From Candidatus Dojkabacteria bacterium (lineage in GTDB: Bacteria > Patescibacteriota > Dojkabacteria > SC72): a stretch of 64,000 bases of DNA. Each line of letters opens with the position of its first letter. Position 1 is the first letter of the stretch. Shown piece by piece: positions 1-9,855 of this stretch. The stretch covers positions 17,410 to 81,409 of the forward strand of contig JAXGOY010000002.1 in NCBI GenBank assembly GCA_040767225.1. Direction: 5' to 3'. The position numbers and the translations under genes were made by a program. A model generated the notes under the pieces. The model searched no databases. It was not told where the DNA came from and saw only the letters and a program-made list of their open reading frames with translations.

Positions 1-1590
1 TTCAACCTCTTTTTTTAATTTCAAGAGTTTATCAACATCTAAAGCAAAACCTCTTCTTTCCATTCTTGAAAGAATAATGGATATGGGAAGCTCTACTTCC
101 TTTAAAACAGCTAGCAAGTACTTTTCATGTACTTTTAGAATCCTCTCTATACTTTCCTTTGTATAATCATACAGCTCAAGCTCGTCCATCTCTTTCAGTT
201 GGGCAATATATGTATCTTCAATAGTATCAAGTACTTCTGATATATCCGTTATTGATATTTTTTCATTAAGCACTTTACTGGAATAATCAAAAGCAAGATC
301 TTTGAGAGAAACATTCCTTTTTTCTGAATGAAGTAAATGTTGTGCAAGAAGTACATCATAATAATCAGATACAGAATGAATAGATATGTATGGAGAAAGA
401 GTAGTAAGCTCTTCAAAATTATAAAACACACAACTTTTGCCATTAATAATGCCTAAAATGTCACAAGGTTCAAGTAAGATATCCTTTGTAAAGTTATCCT
501 CCCCTATCGCACGGAGAAGAATAAAAGCCTTGTTATCATATGATTCAGATTCATCAATATATACAACTCTTAACTCTCTGCTTTTACTTACTAGTTTCTT
601 TACATCATCTATACTACTCCACCTAATATTTCCATTTATTTTAGAAAACATATCTAACTGATGAGAGTTATGCAAAGATGGTACTTTCCCAAAAATCTCG
701 TCAAGTTTACTCATAAGGGATTTAAATGCATACTTCTTAAATGCAAGATCCAGTGTTCTTCTATCTAAATCTTTTAATATGCAGTCTGTTAGATGAATAT
801 TAATACCAACATCTTGTTCAATAGTTGCAAGTTTTCTACTAAACTCTGCCTGTTCAACTCCTTCTATCAAAAGAGTTTTAGTCTTTCCCTCAATCTTATC
901 TATGTTTTTATATATCTCATCTAAACTCTCAAATTTTTGAAGTAAATTAATAGCAGTTTTATCCCCTATTCCTTTAATTCCAGGTATATTATCTGATGGG
1001 TCTCCAACTAATGCTTTATAATCTACAACCTGTCTTGGATAGTATCCAAATTTCTCAAATGTTTTCTTTTCATCATATACGACAATGTTTTTAAAATTCC
1101 CATTTGGAAGACAGACATATGTTCTTTCATTTATAAGCTGAAGGAGGTCTCTATCACCACTTAATATGTACAAATCTATATTCTCCTTACTCCATTTTCC
1201 TTCGGATACATACTTTGAAATCGTTCCTAATATATCATCAGCTTCAAATCCTTCCTTCTTAATAACTGGGATATTAAATGCTTTTAATATCTCTTCTACC
1301 AATGGAAATTGATCTACCAATGATAAATCTGTAGGTTTTCTTGTTGCTTTGTAGTCTACATATATCTCATGCCTAAATGTTGGTGCATGTGTATCCATTG
1401 CACACAACACATATTTAGGTTCAAACATCTTAAATGCTTCAAGAAGCATTACTGTAAAACCATATACTGCATTTACCTGAACACCATCAGGAGTTTGAAG
1501 TGTAGATGGATATGCATGAAATGCTCTATGTACAATGGCATTAGCATCAATAGCAAGAAATGTATCTTTCTCAGACTCTTTAATCATCAA
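1..1590 (-). CDS. polA: DNA polymerase I, 5' portion (5'-3' exonuclease/FEN domain plus start of downstream domains). Gene continues beyond the window start.
   Basis: Continuous minus-strand reading frame from ATG at 1590 to position 1 with no stops. Translation begins MIKESEKDTFLAIDANAIVHRAFHA and contains the GDPSDNIPGIKGIGDKTA helix-hairpin-helix motif of 5'-3' exonucleases. Absent from the ORF track only because it runs off the edge. Confidence 0.85.
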   Translation of the reverse strand, partial: MMIKESEKDTFLAIDANAIVHRAFHAYPSTLQTPDGVQVNAVYGFTVMLLEAFKMFEPKYVLCAMDTHAPTFRHEIYVDYKATRKPTDLSLVDQFPLVEEILKAFNIPVIKKEGFEADDILGTISKYVSEGKWSKENIDLYILSGDRDLLQLINERTYVCLPNGNFKNIVVYDEKKTFEKFGYYPRQVVDYKALVGDPSDNIPGIKGIGDKTAINLLQKFESLDEIYKNIDKIEGKTKTLLIEGVEQAEFSRKLATIEQDVGINIHLTDCILKDLDRRTLDLAFKKYAFKSLMSKLDEIFGKVPSLHNSHQLDMFSKINGNIRWSSIDDVKKLVSKSRELRVVYIDESESYDNKAFILLRAIGEDNFTKDILLEPCDILGIINGKSCVFYNFEELTTLSPYISIHSVSDYYDVLLAQHLLHSEKRNVSLKDLAFDYSSKVLNEKISITDISEVLDTIEDTYIAQLKEMDELELYDYTKESIERILKVHEKYLLAVLKEVELPISIILSRMERRGFALDVDKLLKLKKEVE

Positions 1591-1622
1591 TATATTTTAC
1601 AAAAGAAAGAGTTTAACTACAA

Positions 1623-3497
1623 TTACTCATTAAACAATGCATCAAACTCCTCTTTTGAGACAACCTCATTTTTAATAAGGAGAGCTACAAGTTTTTCAAC
1701 ATATTCTTTCTTATCAGATAATATCTTTTTAGCCTGATGATATGCAGAATCCATAATATTTTTCACTTCTGAATCAATCATTTCTGCATACTTTTCACTA
1801 AAATCCCTTCCGCCTCCATATACATAACCTAAGTGCTTTGTTTCTTCTACGTCACCATACTTTACTAAACCAAGCTTATCAGACATACCATACTGTGTCA
1901 CCATCTCCTTTGCTACAGAAGTTGCTTCTTCAATATCTGCAGATGCACCAGTAGAAATTCTCCCAATGAAAAGCTCTTCAGAAGCTCTGCCTCCTACAGC
2001 AGATGTAATATTTGCAAGAAGTTCATCTTTAAATACATGCTTTTTATCATCTTCAGGAAGATATACAGTAACACCCCCCGAAATACCTCTAGGTATAATG
2101 GAAACCTGCTCAACAGGAGTAGCATGTTCTGTAAACTTTGCAACAATAGCATGCCCTGCCTCATGATATGCAGTAACCTTGAGATCATCTTCACTACTCT
2201 GCCCCTTTCTCTTTCTACCCAATTTAACTTTAAGATATGCCTCTGTTAAATCATTTTGATTAATTTTTTTCCTCCCTTCTCTAGCAGCCATAATAGCGGC
2301 CTCATTTAAAAGATTCTCTAAATCAGCACCAGAGTATCCAATTGTTTTTCTTGCAATTAAATCTAAGTCAACACTATCTTCAAACTTCTTTCCCTTTGCA
2401 TGAACCATTATAATCTCCTTTCTTTCTTGATAATCAGGCATAGGAACAACAACAGTTCTATCAAATCTTCCAGGTCTTAAAATAGCAGGATCCAAAACAT
2501 CAGGCCTATTTGTAGCCGCAAGTACTATTACATTCTCCCTCCCCTCAAGTCCATCCATCTCTACAAGAATCTGGTTTAATGTCTGCTCACCTGCACCAGA
2601 GTGAAGAACAGTACCTCTTTTCTTTGCAACAGCATCAATCTCATCAATAAAGATAATACATGGAGCTGCTTTCCTTGCTTTATTAAACAAATCTCTTACC
2701 CTTGATGCACCAGCTCCAACAAGCATCTCTTCAAATTCAGAACCTGACGTATGAAAGAAAGGAACACCTGCCTCACCCGCAACAGCTTTAGCTAAAAGTG
2801 TCTTTCCTGTACCAGGAGCTCCTACTAACAATACTCCCTTAGGAATTCTTGCTCCAATGTCTATATACTTTTTAGGACTTTTTAAAAAATCAACAATCTC
2901 AGTAAGCTCTTCCTTTACCTCATCTATTCCAGCAACATCATCAAATGTAACTCCTGTCTTCTTCCCAAAAAGAAGCCTTGCTCTGCTTTGTCCAAAATCC
3001 ATAATCTGTCCACCAGACTTCTGCATATTTTTGATAAGCATATATGCTAAAACAAGTCCTGCAGCTAAAAGTATAAAGGAGATAATATCCCCTATTGAAA
3101 TCCCAAGCTGAGGCTGATAATAATCATTTTTTAATGCCTTAATATCTACTCCAGCATCACTTAACATTCCATAAAAATCAGTACCAACAGGAATCAAAGC
3201 ATACTTCCTCACTAAAACATCCTTTCCATCAGACTTTACACTTTGAGTAACTATAACCATATCATCTCTTAAAACAATATCTTTATACTCTCCTTCAGAA
3301 ATGTAAGATATAACCTCACTAATAGGAACCTCCTGACCTTTACTTGTAGATCCTAGAATGGCATTAATCCCTATTGTTAAAAGGAAAGACATTATTAGAA
3401 ACATTACAAAACTCATAACAGGCGACATCCTCTTCTTAGGAGTAACTCTAATAATCTTTACATTAGGCTGTTTGTTTTCTTTTTTGTTTTCTTCCAT
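1623..3497 (-). CDS. ftsH: ATP-dependent zinc metalloprotease FtsH
   Basis: N-terminal TMs, AAA+ Walker A GAPGTGKT, second region of homology, HEAGHAIV zinc-binding motif. 624 aa. Confidence 0.95.
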   Translation of the reverse strand: MEENKKENKQPNVKIIRVTPKKRMSPVMSFVMFLIMSFLLTIGINAILGSTSKGQEVPISEVISYISEGEYKDIVLRDDMVIVTQSVKSDGKDVLVRKYALIPVGTDFYGMLSDAGVDIKALKNDYYQPQLGISIGDIISFILLAAGLVLAYMLIKNMQKSGGQIMDFGQSRARLLFGKKTGVTFDDVAGIDEVKEELTEIVDFLKSPKKYIDIGARIPKGVLLVGAPGTGKTLLAKAVAGEAGVPFFHTSGSEFEEMLVGAGASRVRDLFNKARKAAPCIIFIDEIDAVAKKRGTVLHSGAGEQTLNQILVEMDGLEGRENVIVLAATNRPDVLDPAILRPGRFDRTVVVPMPDYQERKEIIMVHAKGKKFEDSVDLDLIARKTIGYSGADLENLLNEAAIMAAREGRKKINQNDLTEAYLKVKLGRKRKGQSSEDDLKVTAYHEAGHAIVAKFTEHATPVEQVSIIPRGISGGVTVYLPEDDKKHVFKDELLANITSAVGGRASEELFIGRISTGASADIEEATSVAKEMVTQYGMSDKLGLVKYGDVEETKHLGYVYGGGRDFSEKYAEMIDSEVKNIMDSAYHQAKKILSDKKEYVEKLVALLIKNEVVSKEEFDALFNE

Positions 3498-3519
3498 ATT
3501 TATATATTTTCAAATGAAA

Positions 3520-3596
3520 TGGTAGTGGGAGGTGGGATCGAACCACCGACCTTGGGTTTATGAATCCCATGCTCTAGCCAACTGAGCTATCCCACC
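3520..3596 (-). tRNA. tRNA with anticodon CAU (elongator Met or lysidine-type Ile2). G1-U72, CCA encoded.
   Basis: Reverse complement folds as GGTGGGA/TA/GCTC..GAGC/TGGGA-TTCATAA-... with T-arm GGTGGTTCGATCCCACC and an encoded CCA. Cloverleaf inspected by eye. Confidence 0.8.
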
Positions 3597-3638
3597 AAAG
3601 TCATTAGCAATTATATCAGAAATTATCCTTAATTTCTC

Positions 3639-4199
3639 TTAATTTGCTTTCCCACTATACTCTCCTGTTTCAGTATTAATCTTTATTTTATCTCCCTTCT
3701 TGATAAAAAGAGGAACCTTAAGTTGATAGCCAGTTTCCACTGTAACGAGTTTAGTCGCATTATTCGCAGTATTTCCCTTAACAGCATCCTGTGCTACAGT
3801 AACCTCCAATACAACAGAAGGATTTTCTTTAATGCTTAGTATTTTACCCTCATATGTAAGCATAAGAATAGAATCACCCTCCTTTAGAAAGTTTACATAT
3901 GACCCTATTACATCTTTTGAGATATTTACAGTCTCATATGTTGAGGTATCCATAAAGTATGCAAAAGAATCATCTTTATACAAATACTGAGCTTCTTTTG
4001 TTTCAGGATTAATATACTCAACCTTTGTACCAGACTTTACAGTTTTGTTAATTATCTGCCCATTATCTAGTGCTTTGAGCTTCATAATTACAAGTCCTCC
4101 CTGTCTTCCTTGTGTTTTAAGCTTCCTATCTTCAAGAAAAAAGAATCTTCCATCTTCTTTAATATACATTCCTTTTACTGGCTGATCTGTTAATGGCAT
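3639..4199 (-). CDS. efp: Elongation factor P
   Basis: 186 aa. KOW-like N-terminus and C-terminal motif KKGDKIKINTETGEYSGKA, typical of EF-P. Confidence 0.9.
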   Translation of the reverse strand: MPLTDQPVKGMYIKEDGRFFFLEDRKLKTQGRQGGLVIMKLKALDNGQIINKTVKSGTKVEYINPETKEAQYLYKDDSFAYFMDTSTYETVNISKDVIGSYVNFLKEGDSILMLTYEGKILSIKENPSVVLEVTVAQDAVKGNTANNATKLVTVETGYQLKVPLFIKKGDKIKINTETGEYSGKAN

Positions 4200-4306
4200 A
4201 TATTTAAGTTATTAAAATATTAATACAACGGAGCAATAATATCACAAATATTTATTTCATACCAGAAGATATGTATAATATCTGGTTAACATAAATGTAA
4301 GAAGCA

Positions 4307-4861
4307 ATGACAGAAAAGACAGAACAACAAGATCCAGTTTTTGAGATACTGTTTACCCAAGAAGAAATTGAAGAAAGGGTCTTAGGACTTGCACAAGAAA
4401 TCTCTAAAGACTATGAATTAGATAATAAAACTCCGTTACTGCTAATAGGGGTTCTTAAGGGAGCTGTACCATTTTTAACAGACCTTTCACAGCAAATTAA
4501 TCATCCAAACCTGTATATTGATTACATGGGAGTATCAAGCTATAACGGAAATACAACCTCAAACAAAGAACCTAAAATTACACTTGATACAAAAATACCA
4601 ATAAAGGATAAAAATGTAATAATTGTAGAAGATATTGTAGATACAGGATACTCTATTGCTACACTAATAAATATTCTTCAGGCAAGAAAACCTAAATCAT
4701 TAAAAGTATGTTCTCTCCTATCAAAACCAGAGAGAAGGGAAATAAAAGTACCAATTGACTATTTAGGATTTACAATCCCCAATTTATGGGTTCAAGGGTA
4801 TGGTCTTGATACAAATGAAGAAGGAAGATACTGGCCGTATATCGCTTGCAGAAAAGAATAA
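4307..4861 (+). CDS. hpt: Hypoxanthine(-guanine) phosphoribosyltransferase
   Basis: PRPP-binding motif VIIVEDIVDTGYS, size 184 aa, overall HGPRT-like layout. Confidence 0.85.
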   Translation: MTEKTEQQDPVFEILFTQEEIEERVLGLAQEISKDYELDNKTPLLLIGVLKGAVPFLTDLSQQINHPNLYIDYMGVSSYNGNTTSNKEPKITLDTKIPIKDKNVIIVEDIVDTGYSIATLINILQARKPKSLKVCSLLSKPERREIKVPIDYLGFTIPNLWVQGYGLDTNEEGRYWPYIACRKE

Positions 4862-4864
4862 AAA

Positions 4865-4940
4865 TGGTTGCGGGGGTTGGATTCGAACCAACGTCCTTCA
4901 GGTTATGAGCCTGACGAGCTGCCACTGCTCTACCCCGCGA
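4865..4940 (-). tRNA. Initiator tRNA-fMet (anticodon CAU) with unpaired C1-A72
   Basis: Reverse complement: CGCGGGG-TA-GAGC-AGTGGCA-GCTC-G-TCAGG-CTCATAA-CCTGA-AGGAC-GTTGG-TTCGAAT-CCAAC-CCCCGCA-ACCA. The C1-A72 mismatch is the bacterial initiator hallmark. Confidence 0.85.
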
Positions 4941-4981
4941 TATTAATCTAAGTGAGATTATACTCTAAAAGCAACATTACT

Positions 4982-5437
4982 TCAAACTCCCTCTAAAACA
5001 AAAGATAGCCATTCTTCAAAATTACTTCCACTTTCATAAATAGACTCTTGCGAAGAAGCTATTATCTTTTCTACTTCCTCCATTGCCATCTCTAATGTAC
5101 TATCAGGAATAACAAATACCACCTCATCTTTTCCTCCAAAATTAAGCCTGTCTCTTGCCTCTTTTTCCAAATATTTATCACTTGACATCTCTTCAATTCC
5201 AACAGAAAGATGAAGATTCTCAAGTCTTAACTCCTGAACCTCTCTTTCAGCCCTTTTAAGAATATCTACTTTCTGAACGGTAATTCTTACAGAATTTAAA
5301 ACAAAATAAAGAACGAGAGCAAATATGACAATACTGCTTACTTTAAACAGCCAATGCTCTGATATTTTTGAAAATCCTGTACCGTTTCTGCTTTCCCTCT
5401 CCCTATCTATTCTTCTTACACTAATAGTTTTTTCCAT
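4982..5437 (-). CDS. Septum formation initiator family protein (FtsB/DivIC/FtsL-like)
   Basis: 151 aa. Single N-terminal TM followed by a coiled-coil segment (REVQELRLENLHL), as in FtsB/DivIC. Confidence 0.5.
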   Translation of the reverse strand: MEKTISVRRIDRERESRNGTGFSKISEHWLFKVSSIVIFALVLYFVLNSVRITVQKVDILKRAEREVQELRLENLHLSVGIEEMSSDKYLEKEARDRLNFGGKDEVVFVIPDSTLEMAMEEVEKIIASSQESIYESGSNFEEWLSFVLEGV

Positions 5438-5570
5438 AACAAAATATTATCAGAATACGAAATTATAAGCAAAATAGCATAATAGTTTTTATTATTGCTA
5501 TTCTCTTTCAACTAGTGTTATAATCTCATAGTTATATACTACAATGTTTTAAATTAAAATCTTTAATAAA

Positions 5571-6458
5571 TTGGAAAAGGTATTAAATCCTCAATTTTCT
5601 AAATATCAAGAAGAGTTTATTAACGAGCTTCGTAATAAAGGAAGGTCTGAGTCAACAATCATTGCTTATGCAAAAGATATTGAACAACTATTAAACTTTT
5701 TCTCATCACGAGGTATAAATAGGTTACAGGATACTACAATTGTAGATTTAGAAGCATATAAGAAACACTTACAGGACAATAACTATACTCCAAAGAGTAT
5801 TTCTAGAAAAATAAATAGTACAAGAACTTTTTATAGATTTTTACTTGAGCGTTCTGTAGTTACTGATAACATTGCAGAGAAACTTGCACATCCTAAGTTT
5901 GAAACAAAACCTCCTAGAGTACTCTCTGAGATGGAGTATAGGGCACTGCGAGATGTAAGCAGAGGAGATATTAGACTTTATTCAATTGTAGAAGTACTTC
6001 TTCAAACAGGTATAAGAATCGGAGAGCTAGCAACTCTAACAATTGATGATATAAGGAGATCAAAAGAGGGTGTAGATTTTCTTTACATAAAGGCATCAGG
6101 TAGTCATCCTGCAAGAAAGGTTCCATTAAATAAATCTGCTAAAAAGGCAATTGATGCATACTTAGAAATAAGGCCTGAAACAGAAGATGACACTTTGTAT
6201 GTAACAAAGAATGGAAGGCCCCTGCTTGTAAGGAATATAAGAACAGCTATAGATAAAGCATTTGAGAAAGCAAGTATTAAAAATGCTAAGGTAAACGATC
6301 TTAGAAATACATTTATAGCACATCATTTAGCAAAGGGTGTAAGTCTTGTTACTGTATCAAAATTAGTAGGTCATAAAAGAATATCTACCACAGAGAAGTA
6401 CTTAGGACTTGTTACAGACAACAAGCCAGAGGCAGAGAAATTACTCAAAGAGTTATAA
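5571..6458 (+). CDS. Tyrosine recombinase, XerC/XerD family. TTG start.
   Basis: N-terminal core-binding (SAM-like) domain. C-terminal catalytic region with R..HxxR-like residues and LVGHKRISTTEKY (nucleophile Tyr). 295 aa. Confidence 0.8.
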   Translation: MEKVLNPQFSKYQEEFINELRNKGRSESTIIAYAKDIEQLLNFFSSRGINRLQDTTIVDLEAYKKHLQDNNYTPKSISRKINSTRTFYRFLLERSVVTDNIAEKLAHPKFETKPPRVLSEMEYRALRDVSRGDIRLYSIVEVLLQTGIRIGELATLTIDDIRRSKEGVDFLYIKASGSHPARKVPLNKSAKKAIDAYLEIRPETEDDTLYVTKNGRPLLVRNIRTAIDKAFEKASIKNAKVNDLRNTFIAHHLAKGVSLVTVSKLVGHKRISTTEKYLGLVTDNKPEAEKLLKEL

Positions 6459-6494
6459 TAATCAGTATTCATTTAAAAATGCTAAACTTTCTAC

Positions 6495-6845
6495 TTACTT
6501 TTCAATAAATTCATCAAAGGTAGAACTAAGGCTCTCCTCAATCAAATTAAACCAGACATAATCTTCATATTTAGGACAAGGATTCTCTTTTATTAATTCA
6601 TTTCCTACTTTCTGATAAACAGACCACTCTGATTCTGAAATATTGCTCTTACTAAGTTTAGAATAGGGAATTTTATATTTATATTCCTCCATCTTACATA
6701 CAAGAGGAGAAATTCTCTCAAGTATAACAAAATCTGCCAAATTCGTTGCTTTCCAAAAAAAGATAAAGATAATATTTAAAAGAATAACCCAAACAACAAA
6801 AATTACCATTAAAACCCTCTGCTTATCCATAAAACTTGTAAACAA
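6495..6845 (-). CDS. Hypothetical small membrane protein
   Basis: 116-aa ORF with an N-terminal hydrophobic helix. No recognisable motif. Confidence 0.3.
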   Translation of the reverse strand: MFTSFMDKQRVLMVIFVVWVILLNIIFIFFWKATNLADFVILERISPLVCKMEEYKYKIPYSKLSKSNISESEWSVYQKVGNELIKENPCPKYEDYVWFNLIEESLSSTFDEFIEK

Positions 6846-6852
6846 ATTTAGA

Positions 6853-6928
6853 TGGTGGGAGCAGATGGAATCGAACCATCGACCACGGCTTTATAAGAAC
6901 CGCGCTCTACCGACTGAGCTATACTCCC
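6853..6928 (-). tRNA. tRNA-Ile with anticodon UAU (reads AUA)
   Basis: Reverse complement: GGGAGTA-TA-GCTC-AGTCGGTA-GAGC-G-CGGTT-CTTATAA-AGCCG-TGGTC-GATGG-TTCGATT-CCATC-TGCTCCC-A-CCA. Anticodon stem pairs cleanly and loop positions 34-36 are TAT. Confidence 0.8.
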
Positions 6929-6971
6929 TAAAACAGAATGATTTTACCAAAAAGAAGTAAATTATGCACTA

Positions 6972-9491
6972 CTAAAAATCAATAGGAGGAAAGCCTGATG
7001 GATTATTTTGTGTAGACTCATCCTCTACTCTATCTAAATCTGCTCTTCTATTTATCTCCATATTAACCAAGTTTATATCCCTCCCATACTTTAATCTAGA
7101 CATTTTAGTAATAATATCTTTAACCTCAGGATTAACTTTTAAATCAAAACCTGTTTCATTTACATATTTAGGACCATATCTTGCATCAAGAGAAAATGGA
7201 CTAGGATATGAATTATTTGTTAACATTTTTACATAGTAGTGTGCAAGCCCCTGATTTATTATATCCGTAGCCTTAACATATGTTTCAAATTGAGGTTCTA
7301 AAAACTGAGCATCCTCATTACTGCATCTTGTAATAAAGAGAGAACCTACATTCCCAAATACTGCATTTTTAATATCCTCTGGGAGCTGTCCAATATACTG
7401 ATGTGCAAGAGTAAGATTTAATCTATACTTCCTAGCCTCAGATAATATTGAAGCAAATTCCTGCGTTGCAAAGTTCTGAAACTCATCAGCATAAAAGAAG
7501 AAATCTTTTCTCTCACCCTCTGGAACATCTTCCCTGCTTAAAGCAGCTGCCAAAAGCTTTTGAACAAGCAAAAGACCTAGAAAAGACATATTCTCCTCAC
7601 CAAGAGCACCTTTAGAAAGGTTTACAATTAAAATCTTGCCTGTATCCATAACCTCTCTAAAATCAAAAGAAGATTTAGACTGCCCTATTATATTTCTAAT
7701 AGCTAAGTTAGTAGTAAATTTATCAAACTTACTAATAAAGTAACCAAGACTCTCTGATTTTGTCTTTGCATCAGTCTTAGCAACCTGGTCTGTCCAATAC
7801 CTTCTTACAAGCTCATCTTTAACAAGAGGAAGCCACTTTTCATATACCCATTTCTCATCTTGAAGCATTCTAACAACCTCTATCAGTGTAGAGCCCTGTA
7901 CACTCATTGCAGTAAGCATAGAGTTTCTCACTGCCTGTTGCATCATAGGGCCAACATACCCCTGATTATGAGGGTCAAAGAGACGTATAAGGAGATCTAT
8001 AAAACTGTTTACAATCTGGTGTTTATGCTGCTCATTATAAAATTCTAAGATGTTTAAACCAAAAGGTCTTTCAAAATCACCAGCATTAAAATATATAACA
8101 TCATCTGCTCTCTCTGGAGGAATTCTTTCAAGAATCATCTCTGCTGTTTCTCCATGGGGATCAATAAAACATACCCCATCGCCATTATATATATCCTGAA
8201 TAATCATTCTTACCATCAGCCATGACTTACCCGTACCTGTTTGCCCCAGTATATATGCATGTCTTCTTCTATCATCTCTTTGAAAGCATATAGCTTTAAC
8301 CTTACCTCTGAACACATTATTACCTACCCATATTGTATCCTTAGAATGAATATCTGAACTTATTTCATTGCTAGCAGGAAGCTCTCTCGCAAGAAGCCAA
8401 TTAATATTAGGAATAGTTACATCTTTGTTAGGAAAATGATATATAGCAGCAAGTTCTTCAACATTTAAAATACTACTAGATTCAAGTGGAGGTCTTCTAT
8501 ATATTACATCATACATAAACTCTTCCTCTTTCTTCTTCCCCTTTATCTCAACCTTCTTAAATTTATTAATCCCTGGATTGCTATACTGATCAAATGCACC
8601 AACGATATTATCTAAATGCATCTTGGCAAGTTCTTTGTCAGGAGCAGAAGTAACAATCCTAATATCTGTAATAAAACCGTTTTTACTAATCTTCTTTTGT
8701 ATTGCCTGTAACTTCTCTTCACTTACATTTATTTTCTTCTTTTCTGGATCAGAGTTATTATTTTGAATCTTTTTAACAAACCCCTCTCCATTCTTTTGCC
8801 ATTTATTATCTGACGGAGATATTACTATCTGAACTATAGCACCCTCTCCTTTAGACATCTTGCTTAAAGCACTAAGTATATTAGCCATAGGATCTCCAGT
8901 AAAATCAGAAGCAACTTTAATAGGACAGTAACTTTCCTCTGCCAACTGTAGTTTTGTATATGCAACTTCACTTCCTTTCTCAAATATGTTGTACTCTTCA
9001 ACCTTTCTAACATCAGCATCTTGATATGACCCAAGAATTTGTTTTTCTACATGCTCTGCAAACTTCTTAGGACAGTACACATAGAAATTTATAAGTCCAG
9101 GTGTCCCCACAACTTCAAAACTAATACTATTGTTTACTGTAAACTTTTCTGCAAGTCCTTTTCCTTTTCCCCCTATTCCAATAAGATTAGAAAACATTTT
9201 TTCAGCCACCCCTATCTCTGTTTCATTTCCCCTTGGTACTCTTACTTCAAAAAGAACCCAATTCTTTGCTTTTTCATTTCTATCTTTTCTTTTTAATCTA
9301 TCTTTAATTCTTAAGAATGAATATATAGCAATTGCTAATATAACAACAGCTGAAATTATCCAGCCCCATGGGATATCAACACTAGTTTTATTTACCTCCC
9401 CATATGTATCATTGGGATATTCAACTTGGTCTCCTACTGTAATATCTTCTTCGGGTATAGGCCCTACTTGAGTTAAAATATATTCTTTCAT
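6972..9491 (-). CDS. VirD4/TraG/TraD-like (TrwB-type) P-loop ATPase with long N-terminal membrane-anchored extension. HerA/DUF87-type alternative not excluded.
   Basis: 839 aa. One TM near residue 55. Walker A ILGQTGTGKSWLMV near residue 415. Walker B-like FFFYADEFQNF. Layout resembles T4SS coupling proteins annotated in CPR genomes as T4SS DNA-binding domain proteins. Confidence 0.55.
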   Translation of the reverse strand: MKEYILTQVGPIPEEDITVGDQVEYPNDTYGEVNKTSVDIPWGWIISAVVILAIAIYSFLRIKDRLKRKDRNEKAKNWVLFEVRVPRGNETEIGVAEKMFSNLIGIGGKGKGLAEKFTVNNSISFEVVGTPGLINFYVYCPKKFAEHVEKQILGSYQDADVRKVEEYNIFEKGSEVAYTKLQLAEESYCPIKVASDFTGDPMANILSALSKMSKGEGAIVQIVISPSDNKWQKNGEGFVKKIQNNNSDPEKKKINVSEEKLQAIQKKISKNGFITDIRIVTSAPDKELAKMHLDNIVGAFDQYSNPGINKFKKVEIKGKKKEEEFMYDVIYRRPPLESSSILNVEELAAIYHFPNKDVTIPNINWLLARELPASNEISSDIHSKDTIWVGNNVFRGKVKAICFQRDDRRRHAYILGQTGTGKSWLMVRMIIQDIYNGDGVCFIDPHGETAEMILERIPPERADDVIYFNAGDFERPFGLNILEFYNEQHKHQIVNSFIDLLIRLFDPHNQGYVGPMMQQAVRNSMLTAMSVQGSTLIEVVRMLQDEKWVYEKWLPLVKDELVRRYWTDQVAKTDAKTKSESLGYFISKFDKFTTNLAIRNIIGQSKSSFDFREVMDTGKILIVNLSKGALGEENMSFLGLLLVQKLLAAALSREDVPEGERKDFFFYADEFQNFATQEFASILSEARKYRLNLTLAHQYIGQLPEDIKNAVFGNVGSLFITRCSNEDAQFLEPQFETYVKATDIINQGLAHYYVKMLTNNSYPSPFSLDARYGPKYVNETGFDLKVNPEVKDIITKMSRLKYGRDINLVNMEINRRADLDRVEDESTQNNPSGFPPIDF

Positions 9492-9562
9492 AACAAAATG
9501 GACAGTTTAAACTGTATATATACAAGAATATCATATATGAAAGTTATAATCGAGAGAGGATA

Positions 9563-9844
9563 TTAAAGAGGCAATTCTGCACCTGACTCTTTTTCTTGGA
9601 TTACCCTATTCCACTTACCCCCTGATGTCTCAATGCCCTTCGGGGGATCTTCCTGCTGGATAGAATCATTTCTCTTATTCCCTTCAGACATATTAAAATC
9701 TCTAGGTTCTATCTTAACAATTGGAGATGTAGACACCACTTCAGAATTAACATCTTCTGGTTTAGCTATCTCAGGAGTAAGCCCAGTAGGTTGCTCTCCT
9801 TTTTCTATTAAATCAATTTGTTCAATATTAGGTTTCTCTGTCAT
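9563..9844 (-). CDS. Hypothetical small acidic protein
   Basis: 93-aa ORF rich in Glu/Pro/Ser. No motif. Position between ATPase and smpB supports it weakly. Confidence 0.3.
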   Translation of the reverse strand: MTEKPNIEQIDLIEKGEQPTGLTPEIAKPEDVNSEVVSTSPIVKIEPRDFNMSEGNKRNDSIQQEDPPKGIETSGGKWNRVIQEKESGAELPL

Positions 9845-9855
9845 ATCCTATAATA

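Noticed and set aside
1966-3111. Several 60-85-aa ORFs on both strands inside ftsH (and similar short ORFs inside the VirD4-like gene, helicase, dnaA and metG)
   Set aside because: They are fully embedded in or antisense to strongly supported long genes and have low-complexity, stop-avoiding composition typical of AT-rich genomes.
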